Assembly: GCA_964450165.1 (NCBI GenBank)
Contig: CAYVCJ010000001.1
Span: 1-46,575, forward strand
From: an uncultured Dehalococcoidales bacterium
GTDB lineage: Bacteria > Chloroflexota > Dehalococcoidia > GIF9 > AB-539-J10
DNA: 46,575 bases
Direction of reading: 5' to 3'
Below are positions 36,912-46,575 of this stretch, in pieces (within the stretch, counting starts at the first letter, position 1; each line of letters begins with the position of its first letter). Both the position numbers and the translations under genes were made by a program. The notes beneath the pieces were generated by a model. It was not told the origin of the DNA. It saw only the letters and a list, made by a program, of their open reading frames with translations, and did no database searches.

Positions 36912-37331
36912 CTATTTACCCTCAGGCCGCTTAGTACCATATCTGCTACGACTCCCCTTCCGATTAGCCACCCCTTCAGTATCCAAGGTACCGCGAATAA
37001 TGTGGTAGCCAATTCCAGGAACATCCTTGACTCTACCACCACGGATCAAGACCACCGAATGTTCTTGTAAATTGTGCCCTTCACCAGGAATATAGGCGGT
37101 CACTTCCATTCCATTAGTTAGCCTCACATAAGCAACTTTACGTAGCGCCGAATTTGGTTTCTTAGGAGTAACAGCCTTAACCTGAATGCAGACTCCTCGC
37201 TTCTGAGGTGAACCTTGAGTCCATCTGGTCTTGCCTTTTATAGCATTATAGCTGAAATGCAGCGCCGGAACTCTGGTTCGTTTACCAGGTTTCCTGCGCC
37301 CCTTGCGGACAAGCTGATTAACAGTTGGCAC
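36912..37331 (-). CDS. rpsL: 30S ribosomal protein S12
   Basis: [22 protein letters not shown] and GGRVKDVPG; GTG start. Confidence 0.95.
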   Translation of the reverse strand: MPTVNQLVRKGRRKPGKRTRVPALHFSYNAIKGKTRWTQGSPQKRGVCIQVKAVTPKKPNSALRKVAYVRLTNGMEVTAYIPGEGHNLQEHSVVLIRGGRVKDVPGIGYHIIRGTLDTEGVANRKGSRSRYGTKRPEGK

Positions 37332-37480
37332 TCCTATGACCTTCCTATGTTCTAACCTACTTAAAAGATAGCTGGTTGTACATTAACCTTTCTTGTTCTA
37401 ATTATATATAGCATAAGTTCACTTGGGTAGTCTTTGCTAACTACTTAACTTACTCCTCAAGTATAACACAACAAACGCGC

Positions 37481-37509
37481 AGTTTAGCAAAGAACGGTAA
37501 ATATGTCAA
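37481..37509 (-). promoter_or_regulatory. Candidate str-operon promoter with a long (about 150 nt) leader
   Basis: Minus strand: TTGACA (37509-37504), 17-nt spacer, TAAACT (37486-37481). It lies in the AT-rich divergent region shared with the radical SAM gene. Confidence 0.35.
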
Positions 37510-37539
37510 CTTATGTAACTAAATACTTTGAAGTTTAAC

Positions 37540-39414
37540 ATGCCCAGAGGCTATAATGCCCAAAACAAAATCAACAAGATGCTCGAATTCAACACGATTC
37601 TTAGGCAAGTCTCAAGGCCTGGCCGCTATACTGGAGGTGAGTGGAATAGCATAGTCAAGAATTGGAAGACCACGCCGATTAGAATTGCCTTATGCTATCC
37701 CGAAATTTATGAAATTGGCATGTCCAACCTGGCAATACCTATTTTGTATGACATACTCAATGAACAGCCAGATGTTTTGGCGGAGAGGGTTTTTGCTCCA
37801 TGGACTGATATGGAACTAGTCCTGCGGGAAAGCCGCATCCCTCTTTTCAGTTTAGAATCAAAACATAGGCTGAGCGAATTTGACATTATCGGCTTTTCAC
37901 TAGGCTACGAGCTTACTTACACCAATGTACTTAACATCTTAGACTTAGGTCAAATTCCACTATTCAGTTATCACAGGGATGACTCGCATCCCCTGATAAT
38001 AGCTGGTGGTAGCTGTGCTCTTAATCCTGAGCCGATGGCTGATTTCATTGATTTGTTTGTCATCGGTGAAGGTGAGGAAATAATTGTCGAGCTGCTAAAG
38101 GTCTTCCGCGGATATAGAAAGGACAAAAAAGAAATGCTGCGACAAGCGGCCAAATTGCCAGGCGTTTATGTACCTCGTTTTTATCAAATACATTACAACA
38201 AGGATGGCATTGTAAGTAGCATTATCCCTACGCTCCCTGAAGCTAAGCCAAGAATCGAGCGCAGATTAATAGCTAAACTACCTGCTCCAGTTGTAAAGCC
38301 GGTGCTTCCTTACATTGAGACGATACATGAGCATGGAGTCACAGAGATCCAGCGAGGTTGTACTGCTGGTTGCCGATTTTGTCAAGCTGGGATGATCTAC
38401 CGTCCTGTCCGAAAACGCCCACAACAAGAAATAGAGAGAACTGTAGCCGAATTGTCAGAATATTGTGGATATAATGAGATGTCTCTGCTTTCTTTAGACA
38501 CCGGAAGCTACACTGATATTGAAGTCCTCGTCAATAAATTAGCGAGTCAGTATTATGCGAGGCACCTTAGCCTATCTCTACCCAGTTTACGCCTGGATTC
38601 GGTTACACCAGAGTTGACTGAATTACTAACAAGACCACAGCACAAAATAACTTTGACCTTTGCTCCCGAAGCAGGAAGTGAAAGACTACGCCGTGTAATC
38701 AACAAGAATATTCCTGAACAGGTTATGTTAGAAACGTTAGCCGCCATAAATAAAGAGTGGGTAAATCTGAAGCTATACTTCATGATCGGATTGCCCAGCG
38801 AGACCCTTGATGATATAAAAAGCATTGTTGAGCTCATTGCCAAAATAAGTCGTCTATGCCGAAAAAGCAGACTGCGTATCGGTATATCTATTCTGGTTCC
38901 TAAGCCTCATACTCCTTGCCAATGGGTAGGACAGGAAACGGAAGAAAAATTACTGCCTAAATATGAAATATTGAAACGAGGATTAAACCAACTAGGGATA
39001 AAATTTCCTTGGCTCAACCTCAAAGCCAGCCAAATAGAAGCAGCTTTATCCATGGGTGATCGCCGCTTAAGCAAGGTTATCTATCGTGCTTGGCAACTGG
39101 GATGTAAATTTGATGCCTGGAGCGAATATTTCAATCACCAAAAATGGGTTAGCGCTTTTGAAGAGCATGGACTTGATATCTCCTTCTATGCTAATCGGAG
39201 ACGAACAGTTGATGAAACATTGCCCTGGGAGCATATTGATATCGGAGTAACTAGAAAATTCCTTGAAACGGAATATTACAACCTTTGGCAAGGAAAGGAA
39301 ACGCCAAATTGTAGCCACGGAAAATGTAATGCTTGTGGTTTACAACGATGGTCAGTTGCTTGTCGTGAAAAATACAAGGCAGATATTTCAAACCCGCTCT
39401 TGCTGACAGACTGA
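37540..39414 (+). CDS. B12-binding-domain-like radical SAM protein (TIGR03960-type)
   Basis: N-terminal VSRPGRYTGGEWNS and a CTAGCRFCQAG cluster (CxxxCxxC). The ORF is open from TTG 37528; the first ATG is 37540 and 37579 (MLEFN...) is an alternative. Confidence 0.75.
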   Translation: MPRGYNAQNKINKMLEFNTILRQVSRPGRYTGGEWNSIVKNWKTTPIRIALCYPEIYEIGMSNLAIPILYDILNEQPDVLAERVFAPWTDMELVLRESRIPLFSLESKHRLSEFDIIGFSLGYELTYTNVLNILDLGQIPLFSYHRDDSHPLIIAGGSCALNPEPMADFIDLFVIGEGEEIIVELLKVFRGYRKDKKEMLRQAAKLPGVYVPRFYQIHYNKDGIVSSIIPTLPEAKPRIERRLIAKLPAPVVKPVLPYIETIHEHGVTEIQRGCTAGCRFCQAGMIYRPVRKRPQQEIERTVAELSEYCGYNEMSLLSLDTGSYTDIEVLVNKLASQYYARHLSLSLPSLRLDSVTPELTELLTRPQHKITLTFAPEAGSERLRRVINKNIPEQVMLETLAAINKEWVNLKLYFMIGLPSETLDDIKSIVELIAKISRLCRKSRLRIGISILVPKPHTPCQWVGQETEEKLLPKYEILKRGLNQLGIKFPWLNLKASQIEAALSMGDRRLSKVIYRAWQLGCKFDAWSEYFNHQKWVSAFEEHGLDISFYANRRRTVDETLPWEHIDIGVTRKFLETEYYNLWQGKETPNCSHGKCNACGLQRWSVACREKYKADISNPLLLTD

Positions 39415-39655
39415 CTCGTTATCACAGAATCTACAAGGCCGAGGGGGGATTCCTTTGCTACCTTGCAGGCCTAACAAACCAGCTGAAAAGTGGGTATAAT
39501 GCGATATTACGGGAGTTCTCGGGTACCACAAAAAGCTATTAGCCCTGGAAGAACAATAATCGATGGCATGGCAACTGTGTTGATGAATGTAGGTGCATTG
39601 GTAGCCCCTTACTCGATCATTGTCTACTTCGTTTGCACTGATCATGCATAGAACA

Positions 39656-42070
39656 CTACAAGGTAGCGATTGAAACTAGTTCATCATCGTCACTCAGCAC
39701 CATCAAATGTACACCCCGACCATTCCTGCTCTGGACTGAGACTTGTTTCATGGGGATACGCACTATATTGCCACTAGCTGCTAACATCATCAGATAGCCT
39801 TCATCTCTATTTACCAGCTTGGCTGCCACTATTTTACCTATCTTGTCACTGGCTCTATGAGCTCTAAGCCCTTTGCCGCCCCTCTTATGAACAGAATAAT
39901 GTTCCAACAAAGTTACTTTGCCAAACCCTTTCTCGCTCACCGTAAGCAAATATGCACTAGGAGACACAATACCCCCGCCGACAACCTGAGCACCATCCAA
40001 TCGAATACCTCGAACGCCGCCACTAGTCCTAGAAGCACACCTCAAGCTGTCCACCTTGAACCTGGTAGCCTGCCCATTCTCGCTTACTAAAATGACATCA
40101 TCTGCATTAGTAGCTATTCCAGCCAATATTAGCTCATCTCGATTATCAAGTCTCATACTTATAATGCCTTTCTTTCTGACCTTAGCAAACTTCTGTAAGT
40201 AAGTTTTTTTAATCATGCCAGCTTTGGTAGTCACCACCAAGAATTTATCTGATGCAAAATCCGCTGCAGCTACCATTGTGGTTACCTTATCCTTTAAATC
40301 AATAACCAATAAGTTGACTAACGCAGTCCCCTTGGTACCTCGAGACAAACCTTCAGGGATTTCGTAGCACTTGAGCGAATAAACTTTCCCAGAAGCGGTA
40401 AAGAAAAGTAAGTTATCATGGGTATCAGCTACCAGGATGTGCTTGATAGAGTCAGCTTCACGAGTTGCCATCCCCATGACTCCTTTTCCACCACGATGCT
40501 GCAGCCGATATATGTTAACCGGAACTCTCTTAATGAATCCTTGATTAGTTAAGATAATCACCACTTTTTGGTGAGGAATAAGCTCTTCTTTACGGAACTC
40601 AACTGCTTCCTCCTCGTTAATCATAGTCCGCCGGTGATCACCATACCTCGATTTCAATTCAGCAACGTCTTGCTGAATAAGGAATGATACCTTCTTGGGA
40701 TTAGCCAATAAATCTTCTAAGTAGGAAATATTGCTTATTATGTTCTTATATTCCTCATCTACCTTCTCTCGCTCCAGGTGAGCCAACCGGCGAAGTGGCA
40801 TGTCAAGAATAGCTTGTGCCTGAATCTGCGATAAGCTAAAAACTGATGCTAGCTTGATACGAGCAGACTCAACCGTCTCACACTCACGAATTGTGTTGAC
40901 CACTTGCTCGAGATTATCCAAGGCGATTTTAAGTCCCTCAAGTATATGTGCCCTCTCCCTGGCTTTTTGAAGTTCAAACTGAGAACGCCTGGTGATAATC
41001 TCCCGACGAAAATCAATGTAACAAATCAGAGCCTCTTTAAGGTTAATAAGCTTAGGTTGCCCATTAACCAAAGCTACCATATTAATGAAAAAGGCAGTCT
41101 GCATTACAGTGTTCAGGTAAAGATTATTAATCACCTGCTGGATAGATGCCTCTTTCTTAACTTCAATAACAATTCTCATGCCTTCTCTATCTGATTCATC
41201 CCGTACTTCACTAATACCATCAATCTTCCTTTGCTTAACTAGCTCAGCTATCTTCTCCACTAAAGCTGATTTATTCACCTGATAAGGAAGCTCAGTGATA
41301 ATTACCTGTCCTCTACCCCCCTTGGTGGTTACCTCATTAACTTTAGCCCGAACCACAATTTTCCCCTGCCCAGTGGTATAGGCATTCCTCATTCCTTCAA
41401 CGCCCAAGATCAGACCCCCGCTAGGAAAATCAGGCCCCTCAATAAACTCCAAAAGTTCCTCAATAGCAGCATCAGGGTTGTCAATCAAATAAGTGATGGC
41501 ATCACACACTTCAGCAAGATTATGTGACGGTATATTAGTTGCTATGCCCACAGCTATACCTGTAGAGCCATTAACCAACAGATTAGGTAATCTTGCTGGC
41601 AAGACAGAGGGTTCCTTAAGGGAAGCATCAAAGTTAGGAACGAAGTTAACAGTATCTTTGTCAATATCAGCTAGCATCTCCTGTGCAATCTCAGTGAGCC
41701 TGGCCTCCGTGTAGCGCATCGCTGCTGGTGGATCATTATCGACACTGCCAAAATTACCCTGTCCATCGATTAAAACGTATCTCAAGGAAAAATCCTGTGC
41801 CATCCGCACCATAGCTTCATAAACAGGAGCATCACCATGAGGGTGATATTTCCCCATAACCTCCCCGACAATTCGAGCACTTTTCTTATGTGGACTATTA
41901 TGGCGTATCCCCAACTCATTCACGGAGTAGAGAATACGCCGTTGCACTGGCTTCAAGCCATCCCGTACATCAGGCAATGCTCGCGACACAATAACGCTCA
42001 TAGCATAGTCAAGGTAGGAGCTCTTCATTTCCTCTTCGATATTAATAGGCTTTATTGTCCCTACTGCCAT
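39656..42070 (-). CDS. gyrA: DNA gyrase subunit A
   Basis: 804 aa. [38 protein letters not shown], and C-terminal beta-pinwheel repeats. Confidence 0.95.
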   Translation of the reverse strand: MAVGTIKPINIEEEMKSSYLDYAMSVIVSRALPDVRDGLKPVQRRILYSVNELGIRHNSPHKKSARIVGEVMGKYHPHGDAPVYEAMVRMAQDFSLRYVLIDGQGNFGSVDNDPPAAMRYTEARLTEIAQEMLADIDKDTVNFVPNFDASLKEPSVLPARLPNLLVNGSTGIAVGIATNIPSHNLAEVCDAITYLIDNPDAAIEELLEFIEGPDFPSGGLILGVEGMRNAYTTGQGKIVVRAKVNEVTTKGGRGQVIITELPYQVNKSALVEKIAELVKQRKIDGISEVRDESDREGMRIVIEVKKEASIQQVINNLYLNTVMQTAFFINMVALVNGQPKLINLKEALICYIDFRREIITRRSQFELQKARERAHILEGLKIALDNLEQVVNTIRECETVESARIKLASVFSLSQIQAQAILDMPLRRLAHLEREKVDEEYKNIISNISYLEDLLANPKKVSFLIQQDVAELKSRYGDHRRTMINEEEAVEFRKEELIPHQKVVIILTNQGFIKRVPVNIYRLQHRGGKGVMGMATREADSIKHILVADTHDNLLFFTASGKVYSLKCYEIPEGLSRGTKGTALVNLLVIDLKDKVTTMVAAADFASDKFLVVTTKAGMIKKTYLQKFAKVRKKGIISMRLDNRDELILAGIATNADDVILVSENGQATRFKVDSLRCASRTSGGVRGIRLDGAQVVGGGIVSPSAYLLTVSEKGFGKVTLLEHYSVHKRGGKGLRAHRASDKIGKIVAAKLVNRDEGYLMMLAASGNIVRIPMKQVSVQSRNGRGVHLMVLSDDDELVSIATL

Positions 42071-42093
42071 TGTGTCTTACTCTCCTTTGTTCT

Positions 42094-42909
42094 TCACTCG
42101 ATATCCTCAACCACCGAGAAACCATCTGGCAAGATTTCTTCAGAGGAATCTTCAACGTCCTCGTCAAAATGCTCGACTTCTTCCATTGCCCCTTGTTCCT
42201 TGTCAGCAACATCTCGTCTCAGTGATCCTCCCGTAGCATAAAAATGGGAAGACCTTGCGGTTTCACCTGGGAAAGAAGGAATACCACTTTGCTCGGGATG
42301 CTGATATACTTCTTTAATTATCACCTGCATTTTGTTTGCTTCTATATCAAAAATGGCAGCCACATACTTATTGCCACCTTTTATCAGTTTCGTGAGGCGT
42401 GAGTTGTGTTTAGGTTCTACCTCGCCGAGATACACCCCATCACCATTCTTAACGACCAGGCGCTGTCCTTCTACGTCCAACTGCACCTGGTCACCCTGAG
42501 CTACTGTAACTAATACGTCGCTTGAGGCTAAATTATGAAGGTTTACCATTCCGGACTTGGTTGATTCAGTAACAAAAAGCTCAGGGATAATTTTGTTGAG
42601 TCTACTAGCAGATCTCACGCTGGATTCCGGTAAACTATCCAAGCGAGCAATATTTTTCTTAGCAATAGGATTATTCGGTGCAAGTTCCAGTGTCTTAAGA
42701 TAAGCTTCCTTTGCCTGAGCAAATTCCCTCAATTCTGTCAAAGCTCTGCCAAGACGATTATAAGCTTTAATATCGTTAGGAAATCTTTCAAGCATATTCC
42801 TGTTTAACTTTGCAGCTTCTTCCCAGCGTCCTTGCACGGCCAAATTTATCGCTTCAGTACTTAATCGTTGCCTTTGTAAAGCTTCCTCTTCCCCCAATTG
42901 ATAAGGCAT
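42094..42909 (-). CDS. TPR-repeat protein with uncharacterised C-terminal domain and acidic tail
   Basis: 271 aa. TPR-like helices (WEEAAKLNRNMLERFPNDIKAYNRLGRAL...AKEAYLKTLELAPNN). The tail is EEVEHFDEDVEDSSEEILPDGFSVVEDIE. Lies 23 nt upstream of gyrA. Confidence 0.6.
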   Translation of the reverse strand: MPYQLGEEEALQRQRLSTEAINLAVQGRWEEAAKLNRNMLERFPNDIKAYNRLGRALTELREFAQAKEAYLKTLELAPNNPIAKKNIARLDSLPESSVRSASRLNKIIPELFVTESTKSGMVNLHNLASSDVLVTVAQGDQVQLDVEGQRLVVKNGDGVYLGEVEPKHNSRLTKLIKGGNKYVAAIFDIEANKMQVIIKEVYQHPEQSGIPSFPGETARSSHFYATGGSLRRDVADKEQGAMEEVEHFDEDVEDSSEEILPDGFSVVEDIE

Positions 42910-42969
42910 CTTTAATCACCTCATATAACAATAGTAATATAAGCATCTTACCATAGCAAATACACTCAT

Positions 42970-43563
42970 TTACCCCTGCAAAGTCACAGCAAATAGCCGA
43001 GAATAAATAGGCCCGTCAGGTGTTAGCTGGCTCTTCATCAGATTGATAGAATTTACAGTAATATAGCCTTTGCTCTCAAATTTGGTAGAGGTCAATAAGC
43101 GCCCCAGGCCATTTCTATCACTTAATGAGGCGTTATCCCTGACCCGTGCCAGTGTCAAGTGTGGTACAAATGATTGATTTTCTCTAGCAAAGCCTAAACG
43201 AACAAGTTTGGAATCCATCGTCCGCTGTAACTCTAAAAGCTTGTCTGTCTCACCGCTTATACCTACCCAGATAACACGTGGCTGCTCCATTCTTGGGAAG
43301 GCTCCTAAACCCAAAATCTCCAACCGAAACGGAGAGACTCCACGAACGGCTTCCCTCATAGCTCCAGTTATCTCAGTTATCTGATTAACAGCAATATCAC
43401 CTAAGAATTTTAAGGTCAAATGAACATTCTCAAAGTCCACCCATTTAACGAACGGCTGCCTGGCATCCATCAGTCTATTGCCTAACTCCGCCAGGTCAGA
43501 CTTAATTTCACCAGGCAACTCAATAGCGATAAAAGACCGAATCCTCTCGTGCTCAGATGTCAA
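42970..43563 (-). CDS. thpR: RNA 2',3'-cyclic phosphodiesterase (2H family, ThpR/LigT)
   Basis: Two H-x-T motifs: VHLTLKF and PHLTLAR. Confidence 0.85.
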   Translation of the reverse strand: MTSEHERIRSFIAIELPGEIKSDLAELGNRLMDARQPFVKWVDFENVHLTLKFLGDIAVNQITEITGAMREAVRGVSPFRLEILGLGAFPRMEQPRVIWVGISGETDKLLELQRTMDSKLVRLGFARENQSFVPHLTLARVRDNASLSDRNGLGRLLTSTKFESKGYITVNSINLMKSQLTPDGPIYSRLFAVTLQG

Positions 43564-43727
43564 GCTTCTCCCTTTTTAGCATAGGCTAATTCAGCCACCA
43601 CTACATTTGTAGTCTTAATTTTAGCTTCAATCACATTTTTTTGAAAATATTCCATTTACCATATAGACATTACGAATCATCTTTATTTACAATAGTTAGA
43701 TTAATAATATTTACTACTCGTAAGCAA

Positions 43728-44594
43728 ATGTCAAATCGCATCAAAGTAGTCTCTCAAGATAGCATGCATAGCAATCCGTTCGATCTATCTGTGCCGGAGC
43801 TTACACAGATGGCAAAAAAGGTACGCCAGCACATAATTAGTATGATCGCTACAGCAGGCAGCGGACATCCCGGAGGTTCTTTATCAGCGACAGACATCAT
43901 CACTGCACTTTACTTCAAAATTATGCACTATGACCCGCATAATCCTGGATGGCAAGACCGGGACCGTTTTATATTAAGCAAAGGACATGGCGCTCCAGCT
44001 TTATATGCCGTCCTGGCTGAAAGTGACTACTTCCCAGTAGAGGAATTGACCACATTGAGAAAACTAGACAGCCGCCTCCAAGGACATGCCGACAGAAACT
44101 TTACCCCTGGAGTGGAAATGTCAGCAGGCTCGTTAGGTCAAGGTTTATCCTTCGGCATTGGTATCGCACTAGCTGCCAGGCTTGATGAGCGCGATTATCA
44201 AACTTATGTTCTCCTTAGCGATGGTGAATGTGAAGAAGGGCAAACTTGGGAGGCAGCTTTATCAGCTCCCCACTTCAAATTAGACAACTTGACCGTCATT
44301 ATTGACCGTAATCGACAGCAACTCAGCGGCTGGACTCGAAATATCATGGACGTCGAGCCGTTAAATGAAAAATGGCAAGCTTTCGGTTGGCATACTATTG
44401 AAATAGATGGCCATAGCTTTAATCAAATTCTAGCTGCTTTCGAGGAAGCCAAGACAATTAAAGGCAAGCCAACCATCATCATCGCGCATACCATTAAAGG
44501 TAAGGGAGTTAGCTTCATGGAAAATAACGTTGAATTCCATGGCAAGGCACCTACCGCGGAAGAAGCGGAAAGAGCGTTAGAGGAGCTGGGATAA
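43728..44594 (+). CDS. Transketolase, N-terminal (TPP-binding) subunit of a split enzyme
   Basis: ATAGSGHPGGSLS, LSKGHGAPALYA and GSLGQGL. The ORF is open from 43641; the ATG at 43728 gives the usual length. Confidence 0.85.
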   Translation: MSNRIKVVSQDSMHSNPFDLSVPELTQMAKKVRQHIISMIATAGSGHPGGSLSATDIITALYFKIMHYDPHNPGWQDRDRFILSKGHGAPALYAVLAESDYFPVEELTTLRKLDSRLQGHADRNFTPGVEMSAGSLGQGLSFGIGIALAARLDERDYQTYVLLSDGECEEGQTWEAALSAPHFKLDNLTVIIDRNRQQLSGWTRNIMDVEPLNEKWQAFGWHTIEIDGHSFNQILAAFEEAKTIKGKPTIIIAHTIKGKGVSFMENNVEFHGKAPTAEEAERALEELG

Positions 44595-44596
44595 TC

Positions 44597-45559
44597 ATGA
44601 CTGTGGAAGCATCCACTCGCGAGGCTTATGGCAGAACCCTGATTGAACTTGGCAAACAAAACAAAGACATTGTTGTTTTAGATGCCGATCTATCACTGTC
44701 AACAATGACTCACTTTTTTGCACAAGAATTCCCACAGCGCTTCTTCGACTGTGGTTTAGAGGAACAAAACATGATAGGCATAGCTGCTGGATTGGCTGCT
44801 TCAGGAAAAATCGTTTTTGCCAGCTCTTTCGCTGTTTTCGCTTCATGCCGTTGCTTTGACCAAGTCAGGTTGTGTGTTTCCCAACCAAAGCTAAATGTTA
44901 AAATCGTGGCTACCCACAGTGGCATTAGCGTTGGCGAAGACGGCACTTCTCACCACGCCATCGAGGATTTATCGTTATATTGCGCACTTCCCAGTTTTAC
45001 TGTTATTGTCCCCGCTGATGCTATCGAAACTACCAAGGCAGTAAAAGCGGCTGCAGCTACCTACGGACCTTTTTACATCAGATTAAGCCGTCCCAAGACA
45101 CCACTCATCTACCATGAAGACCATCACTTCATAGTGGGTAAGTCGATAACCTTGAGACCTGGTAAAGACGTTACCATTATAGCCATGGGCATTATGGTAG
45201 CTAAAGCTTTACAAGCAGCACAGAAACTGGCAACACAAGGAATAGATAGCCGTGTAATTGATATGCACACTCTCAACCCCCTGGATGCGGAAGCTATAAT
45301 CAAAGCAGCTTCAGAGACAGGCGCTATTGTCGTTGCTGAGGAGCATCTAGCACACGGTGGTCTGGGCAGCCGTGTTGCTCAAGTAGTAGTTGAAGAAAAG
45401 CCAGTGCCTATGTCCTTCGTCAACCTTAAAGACCATTATGCTTCGTCGGGCAAAGCCGAGGAACTGCTTCGAAGATTTGGGCTGACCGCGGAAGGTATCG
45501 AGGAAGCAGCAAAGCAAGTTGTTCAAAAGAAAAGAAGTTTCCTTCCTGGAGATGCCTAG
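44597..45559 (+). CDS. Transketolase, C-terminal (pyrimidine-binding) subunit
   Basis: REAYGRTLIELG, VVLDADLS, FDCGLEEQNMIG and EDGTSHH. Confidence 0.85.
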   Translation: MTVEASTREAYGRTLIELGKQNKDIVVLDADLSLSTMTHFFAQEFPQRFFDCGLEEQNMIGIAAGLAASGKIVFASSFAVFASCRCFDQVRLCVSQPKLNVKIVATHSGISVGEDGTSHHAIEDLSLYCALPSFTVIVPADAIETTKAVKAAAATYGPFYIRLSRPKTPLIYHEDHHFIVGKSITLRPGKDVTIIAMGIMVAKALQAAQKLATQGIDSRVIDMHTLNPLDAEAIIKAASETGAIVVAEEHLAHGGLGSRVAQVVVEEKPVPMSFVNLKDHYASSGKAEELLRRFGLTAEGIEEAAKQVVQKKRSFLPGDA

Positions 45560-45593
45560 CAAGATTTGGCATCAACAGCTCAGCATCAAACCG

Positions 45594-46292
45594 CTACCCT
45601 TCTAAGATAATTCTGGCGTCTACAGCCACAACCCTATCCTTATAGGCAAATATAGGATTAAGATCGAGCTCCTTAATTTCAGGAGTTTGCTCTACAAACC
45701 GTGAGACTCTCACTATTAGATCTTCCAGCATATCGATGTTAGCTGGCTCTTGCCCCCTATAACCTTTCAGTAAAGGGTAGCCCTTTATTTCCCTGATCAT
45801 TTCAGCAGCATCCCTTTTAGTAATTGGGACTATCCTGAAAGAAACATCCTTCAGTAACTCTACCAGAATACCGCCGAGGCCAAACATGAGCACTGGTCCA
45901 AATTGAGGGTCCTTGCTCATGCCGACAATTACCTCGATGCCCGGACGAGCCATTTTCTGAACCGTCAACCCGTGAATAATAGCGCTGGGATATCTCTGCT
46001 TTATGGATGACATGATTTCACTATACGCCCTGCTCGCCTGAGTGGCATTAGCAATGCCCAATCTAACTCCACCGGAGTCACTCTTATGAACAATATCAGG
46101 CGAGGCAATTTTAAGCACCACCGGGAACCCCAACCCTTTACTCACAGAGATAGTTTCTTGCTTAGTTCTAACTAGCCTTGTTTCAACAACTGGTATGCCT
46201 GCTCGCTCAAGCAATTTCTTAGATTCAAATTCCGTTAACACTGTCCTTCTCTCCGTCCTTGCTTTATCCAAAATTGCGGTTCCTGCTGTCAT
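45594..46292 (-). CDS. acdB: ADP-forming acetyl-CoA synthetase, beta (ATP-grasp) subunit
   Basis: 232 aa. LTEFESKKLLERAGIPV, GFPVVLKIASPDIVHKSDSGGV, and ELDLNPIFA. Confidence 0.8.
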   Translation of the reverse strand: MTAGTAILDKARTERRTVLTEFESKKLLERAGIPVVETRLVRTKQETISVSKGLGFPVVLKIASPDIVHKSDSGGVRLGIANATQASRAYSEIMSSIKQRYPSAIIHGLTVQKMARPGIEVIVGMSKDPQFGPVLMFGLGGILVELLKDVSFRIVPITKRDAAEMIREIKGYPLLKGYRGQEPANIDMLEDLIVRVSRFVEQTPEIKELDLNPIFAYKDRVVAVDARIILEG

Positions 46293-46521
46293 GTCTTTCC
46301 ATTTCCTCCCGTGATTCAGCTATCCGTGTATTATAGCCCAATATAAAACGCCTGTATATCATCACACACTTGGCCATTCAAAGCCGGTGAACGCTTCACG
46401 GAGTATTATGAGTACAGGCAAGGGTTAGCCAAGACTATTCTTAGCTTGCTAAATTCCCGACCGGTAGAGTGCGCAAACGAAGTTGGTATTCCTAATTGGA
46501 GCAAGTCCTTGGCTAATTGAG

Positions 46522-46575
46522 TGCCGAGGGAGGGACTCGAACCCACACTCCCTTGCGGGAAACGGATTTTAAGTC
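46522..46575 (-). tRNA. tRNA-Leu (anticodon TAA), 3' portion; 5' part off-window
   Basis: The reverse complement reads ...GACTTAAAATC (loop CTTAAAA), a long variable arm CGTTTCCCGCAAGGGAGTG, T arm TGGGTTCGAGTCCC, and acceptor CCTCGGCA. Confidence 0.8.

Noticed and set aside
36912-37331. An insertion of about 14 residues in S12 ([17 protein letters not shown]) relative to E. coli S12.
   Set aside because: The same long form (NKGYNSFKKEHTNVSS in Bacillus, as I recall) is common in Firmicutes-type S12. It is a normal lineage variant, not a novelty.
39388-39645. An 85-aa minus-strand ORF downstream of gyrA.
   Set aside because: It is Cys/His/Ser-rich with no recognisable motif, overlaps the 3' end of the radical SAM gene, and has no SD. 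It is probably non-coding.
1-46575. A scan for CRISPR arrays, IS elements or transposases, toxin-antitoxin pairs, restriction or other defence genes, and rRNA genes.
   Set aside because: None was seen. The only tandem repeats are the in-frame coding repeats at 14.3-16.9 kb, and every other large ORF is accounted for by housekeeping functions.

Overview
Bacterial chromosomal window, almost entirely core housekeeping genes. From 18.2 to 37.3 kb the minus strand carries one uninterrupted str/S10/spc/alpha ribosomal-protein supercluster: rpsL-rpsG-fusA-rpsJ-rplCDWB-rpsS-rplV-rpsC-rplP-rpmC-rpsQ-rplNXE-rpsN-rpsH-rplFR-rpsE-rplO-secY-adk-map-infA-rpmJ-rpsMKD-rpoA-rplQ-truA-rplM-rpsI. It has no tuf and no rpmD (L30). 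The left arm holds an ADP-forming acetyl-CoA synthetase alpha subunit, an HDAC-family deacetylase, a cca-secD-secF-hemW chain, a GT4 glycosyltransferase with two SAM methyltransferases, recA-recX, an orphan Na+-decarboxylase gamma/beta pair and tRNA-Ile. The right arm holds a TIGR03960-type radical SAM protein, a TPR protein with gyrA, thpR, a split transketolase, the ACD beta subunit and a partial tRNA-Leu. No CRISPR array, transposase, integrase or rRNA gene was seen. The one non-housekeeping patch is 14.3-18.1 kb. It has two adjacent genes for highly periodic Ala/Glu/Lys/Ser/Gln-rich helical repeat proteins: 639 aa with about 20 x 25-residue units including a near-identical 150-nt tandem duplication, and 165 aa with 22-residue units. 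These converge on a 390-aa tubulin/CetZ-like GTPase that is not a canonical FtsZ but ends in an FtsZ-like DIPxLL tail and has its own near-consensus promoter with an apparently leaderless start. I propose this as a candidate undescribed cytoskeletal/scaffold module. A second overlooked item is a 31-codon bS22-like (AURKAIP1/COX24-type) micro-ORF between rplW and rplB. Lineage cannot be established from the window; gene order and leaderless starts are compatible with a Chloroflexota/Gram-positive-type organism, but that is a guess. All homology statements are motif recognition by eye, with no searches run.
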